Positions 63,175 through 64,000 of a stretch of DNA of 64,000 nucleotides are shown one piece after another. Source of the DNA: Anaerolineae bacterium (lineage in GTDB: Bacteria > Chloroflexota > Anaerolineae > JAAYZQ01); assembly GCA_041300865.1 (NCBI GenBank), contig JBFYTF010000036.1:34604-98603 (forward strand), written 5' to 3'. Numbering within the stretch: position 1 is the first letter of the stretch; every line of letters begins with the position of its first letter. The notes under the pieces were generated by a model that was given only the letters and a program-made list of their open reading frames with translations, had not been told where the DNA came from and made no database searches. A program made the position numbers and the translations under genes.

Positions 63175-64000
63175 CTACCCCCGACCGGCCGGCGAGAACC
63201 GCTGCCGCATGGTGGCCTCTGCTTCGGCCAGGACCCGGCGCTCGTCCCAGACGAGCAGTTGGCCGTTCTGGACGAGCAGTCGCCCGTCGACGATGACCGT
63301 CTCCACATCGCGCGCGGCGCTGGCGCAGTAGACCAGGTTGTTTACGACGTTGTTGATCGGCCGCATGTGGATCCCTGCCAGGTCCACGATGATGATGTCG
63401 GCCCGTTTGCCCGCCTCCAACGAGCCAATTCTGTCGGCCATGCCCAAGGCCCTGGCTCCGGCCGTAGTGGCCATGCGCAGAGCGCTGTAAGCGGGCAGCG
63501 CGGCAGGATCCATCGTCGAGTGCTTTTGCAGAAAGGCACCGACGCGCATGGCTTCGAACAGGTCCATGTTATCGTTCACAGCGCAGGTGTCGGTCCCCAG
63601 CGACACTGTCACGCCGGCGTCCAGCATCTTGGTCACCGGTGCAGTGCCCAACGACAGCTTCATGTGGCACTCGGGATTGTACGATACGGCTGTTCTGCTC
63701 TCCTGCAAAAGCCGTATGTCGGCGTCCGAGACCCAGATGCAGTGTGCCCCCAGGACGTCAGGGCCCAACACCCCCAGCTCGTGAAGGTAATGCACCGGCG
63801 TCTGGCCGTGCAGGCTGTGGATGTTGTCCCAACCGAACTTGCTCTCCGCGATATGGAGATGGATTCCGACCTGGTGTTCATCGGCCAGCCGGCGCACCAG
63901 CCGCAAGAGGTCGGGACTGGCCGAGTTTTCGCATGCCGGACCGTAGCGAAAGGTGACCCGGCCGCCCTTTGACGCCCGGCAGCGATGGATCAACTGCTCG
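63175..64000 (-). CDS. Metal-dependent amidohydrolase (chlorohydrolase / deaminase family), C-terminal part; N-terminus lies outside the window
   Basis: Motifs HLHIAES, LGTDTCAVN and GSLEAGKRADIIIVD. The frame stays open to the window edge. Confidence 0.8.
   Translation of the reverse strand, partial: EQLIHRCRASKGGRVTFRYGPACENSASPDLLRLVRRLADEHQVGIHLHIAESKFGWDNIHSLHGQTPVHYLHELGVLGPDVLGAHCIWVSDADIRLLQESRTAVSYNPECHMKLSLGTAPVTKMLDAGVTVSLGTDTCAVNDNMDLFEAMRVGAFLQKHSTMDPAALPAYSALRMATTAGARALGMADRIGSLEAGKRADIIIVDLAGIHMRPINNVVNNLVYCASAARDVETVIVDGRLLVQNGQLLVWDERRVLAEAEATMRQRFSPAGRG

Noticed and set aside
63140-63175. Plus-strand TTGACA at about 63146-63151, considered as a possible divergent promoter.
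   Set aside because: No acceptable -10 hexamer lies 16-18 nt downstream, and there is no plus-strand gene for it to drive.
1-64000. Search for CRISPR arrays, tRNA/rRNA genes, transposases, integrases, toxin-antitoxin pairs or classical defence genes.
   Set aside because: No repeat-spacer periodicity, no cloverleaf-like or rRNA-like segments, and no ORF with recombinase, nuclease or defence-type motifs were seen. The window appears purely metabolic, transport and regulatory.

Overview
This GC-rich bacterial window holds one partial plus-strand sensor gene (3-1079), closed by a perfect bidirectional terminator (1080-1111). After that, about 49 tightly packed CDS all lie on the minus strand (1188-64000). 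I saw no rRNA, tRNA, CRISPR array, transposase or integrase.

The content reads as a very large uptake and catabolism island for N-heterocycles or nucleobases:
- two xanthine-dehydrogenase-family molybdoenzymes, one as three subunit genes and one as a single 1232-aa FAD/2Fe-2S/Moco fusion
- a tungsten-type aldehyde:ferredoxin oxidoreductase
- five metal-dependent amidohydrolases
- PreT/PreA plus a cyclic amidohydrolase, a CN-hydrolase and a tandem isochorismatase-family hydrolase
- a non-canonical carbamoyltransferase
- a PrpF / LeuCD-like / PrpD / SucCD-like / HMG-CoA-lyase-like organic-acid module
- three class-III aminotransferases
- two complete BMP-type (nucleoside-type) ABC importers
- an ECF importer with two paralogous S components, next to a stand-alone protein carrying the archaeosine-synthase (ArcS) PC-X3-KPY-X2-S-X2-H motif and a URO-D-family protein

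Only three AT-rich islands interrupt the GC-rich DNA. Each is a near-consensus TTGACA-17 nt-TAnAnT promoter reading into the minus-strand genes, and all three share a TTGTATAT/GTATAT element. One of them sits in front of the only regulator in the window, a GntR/FCD protein, which suggests a single regulon.

Functions are family-level calls made by eye from the translated ORFs, and substrates are inferred. Start codons were chosen from RBS and overlap logic and may be off by a few codons.
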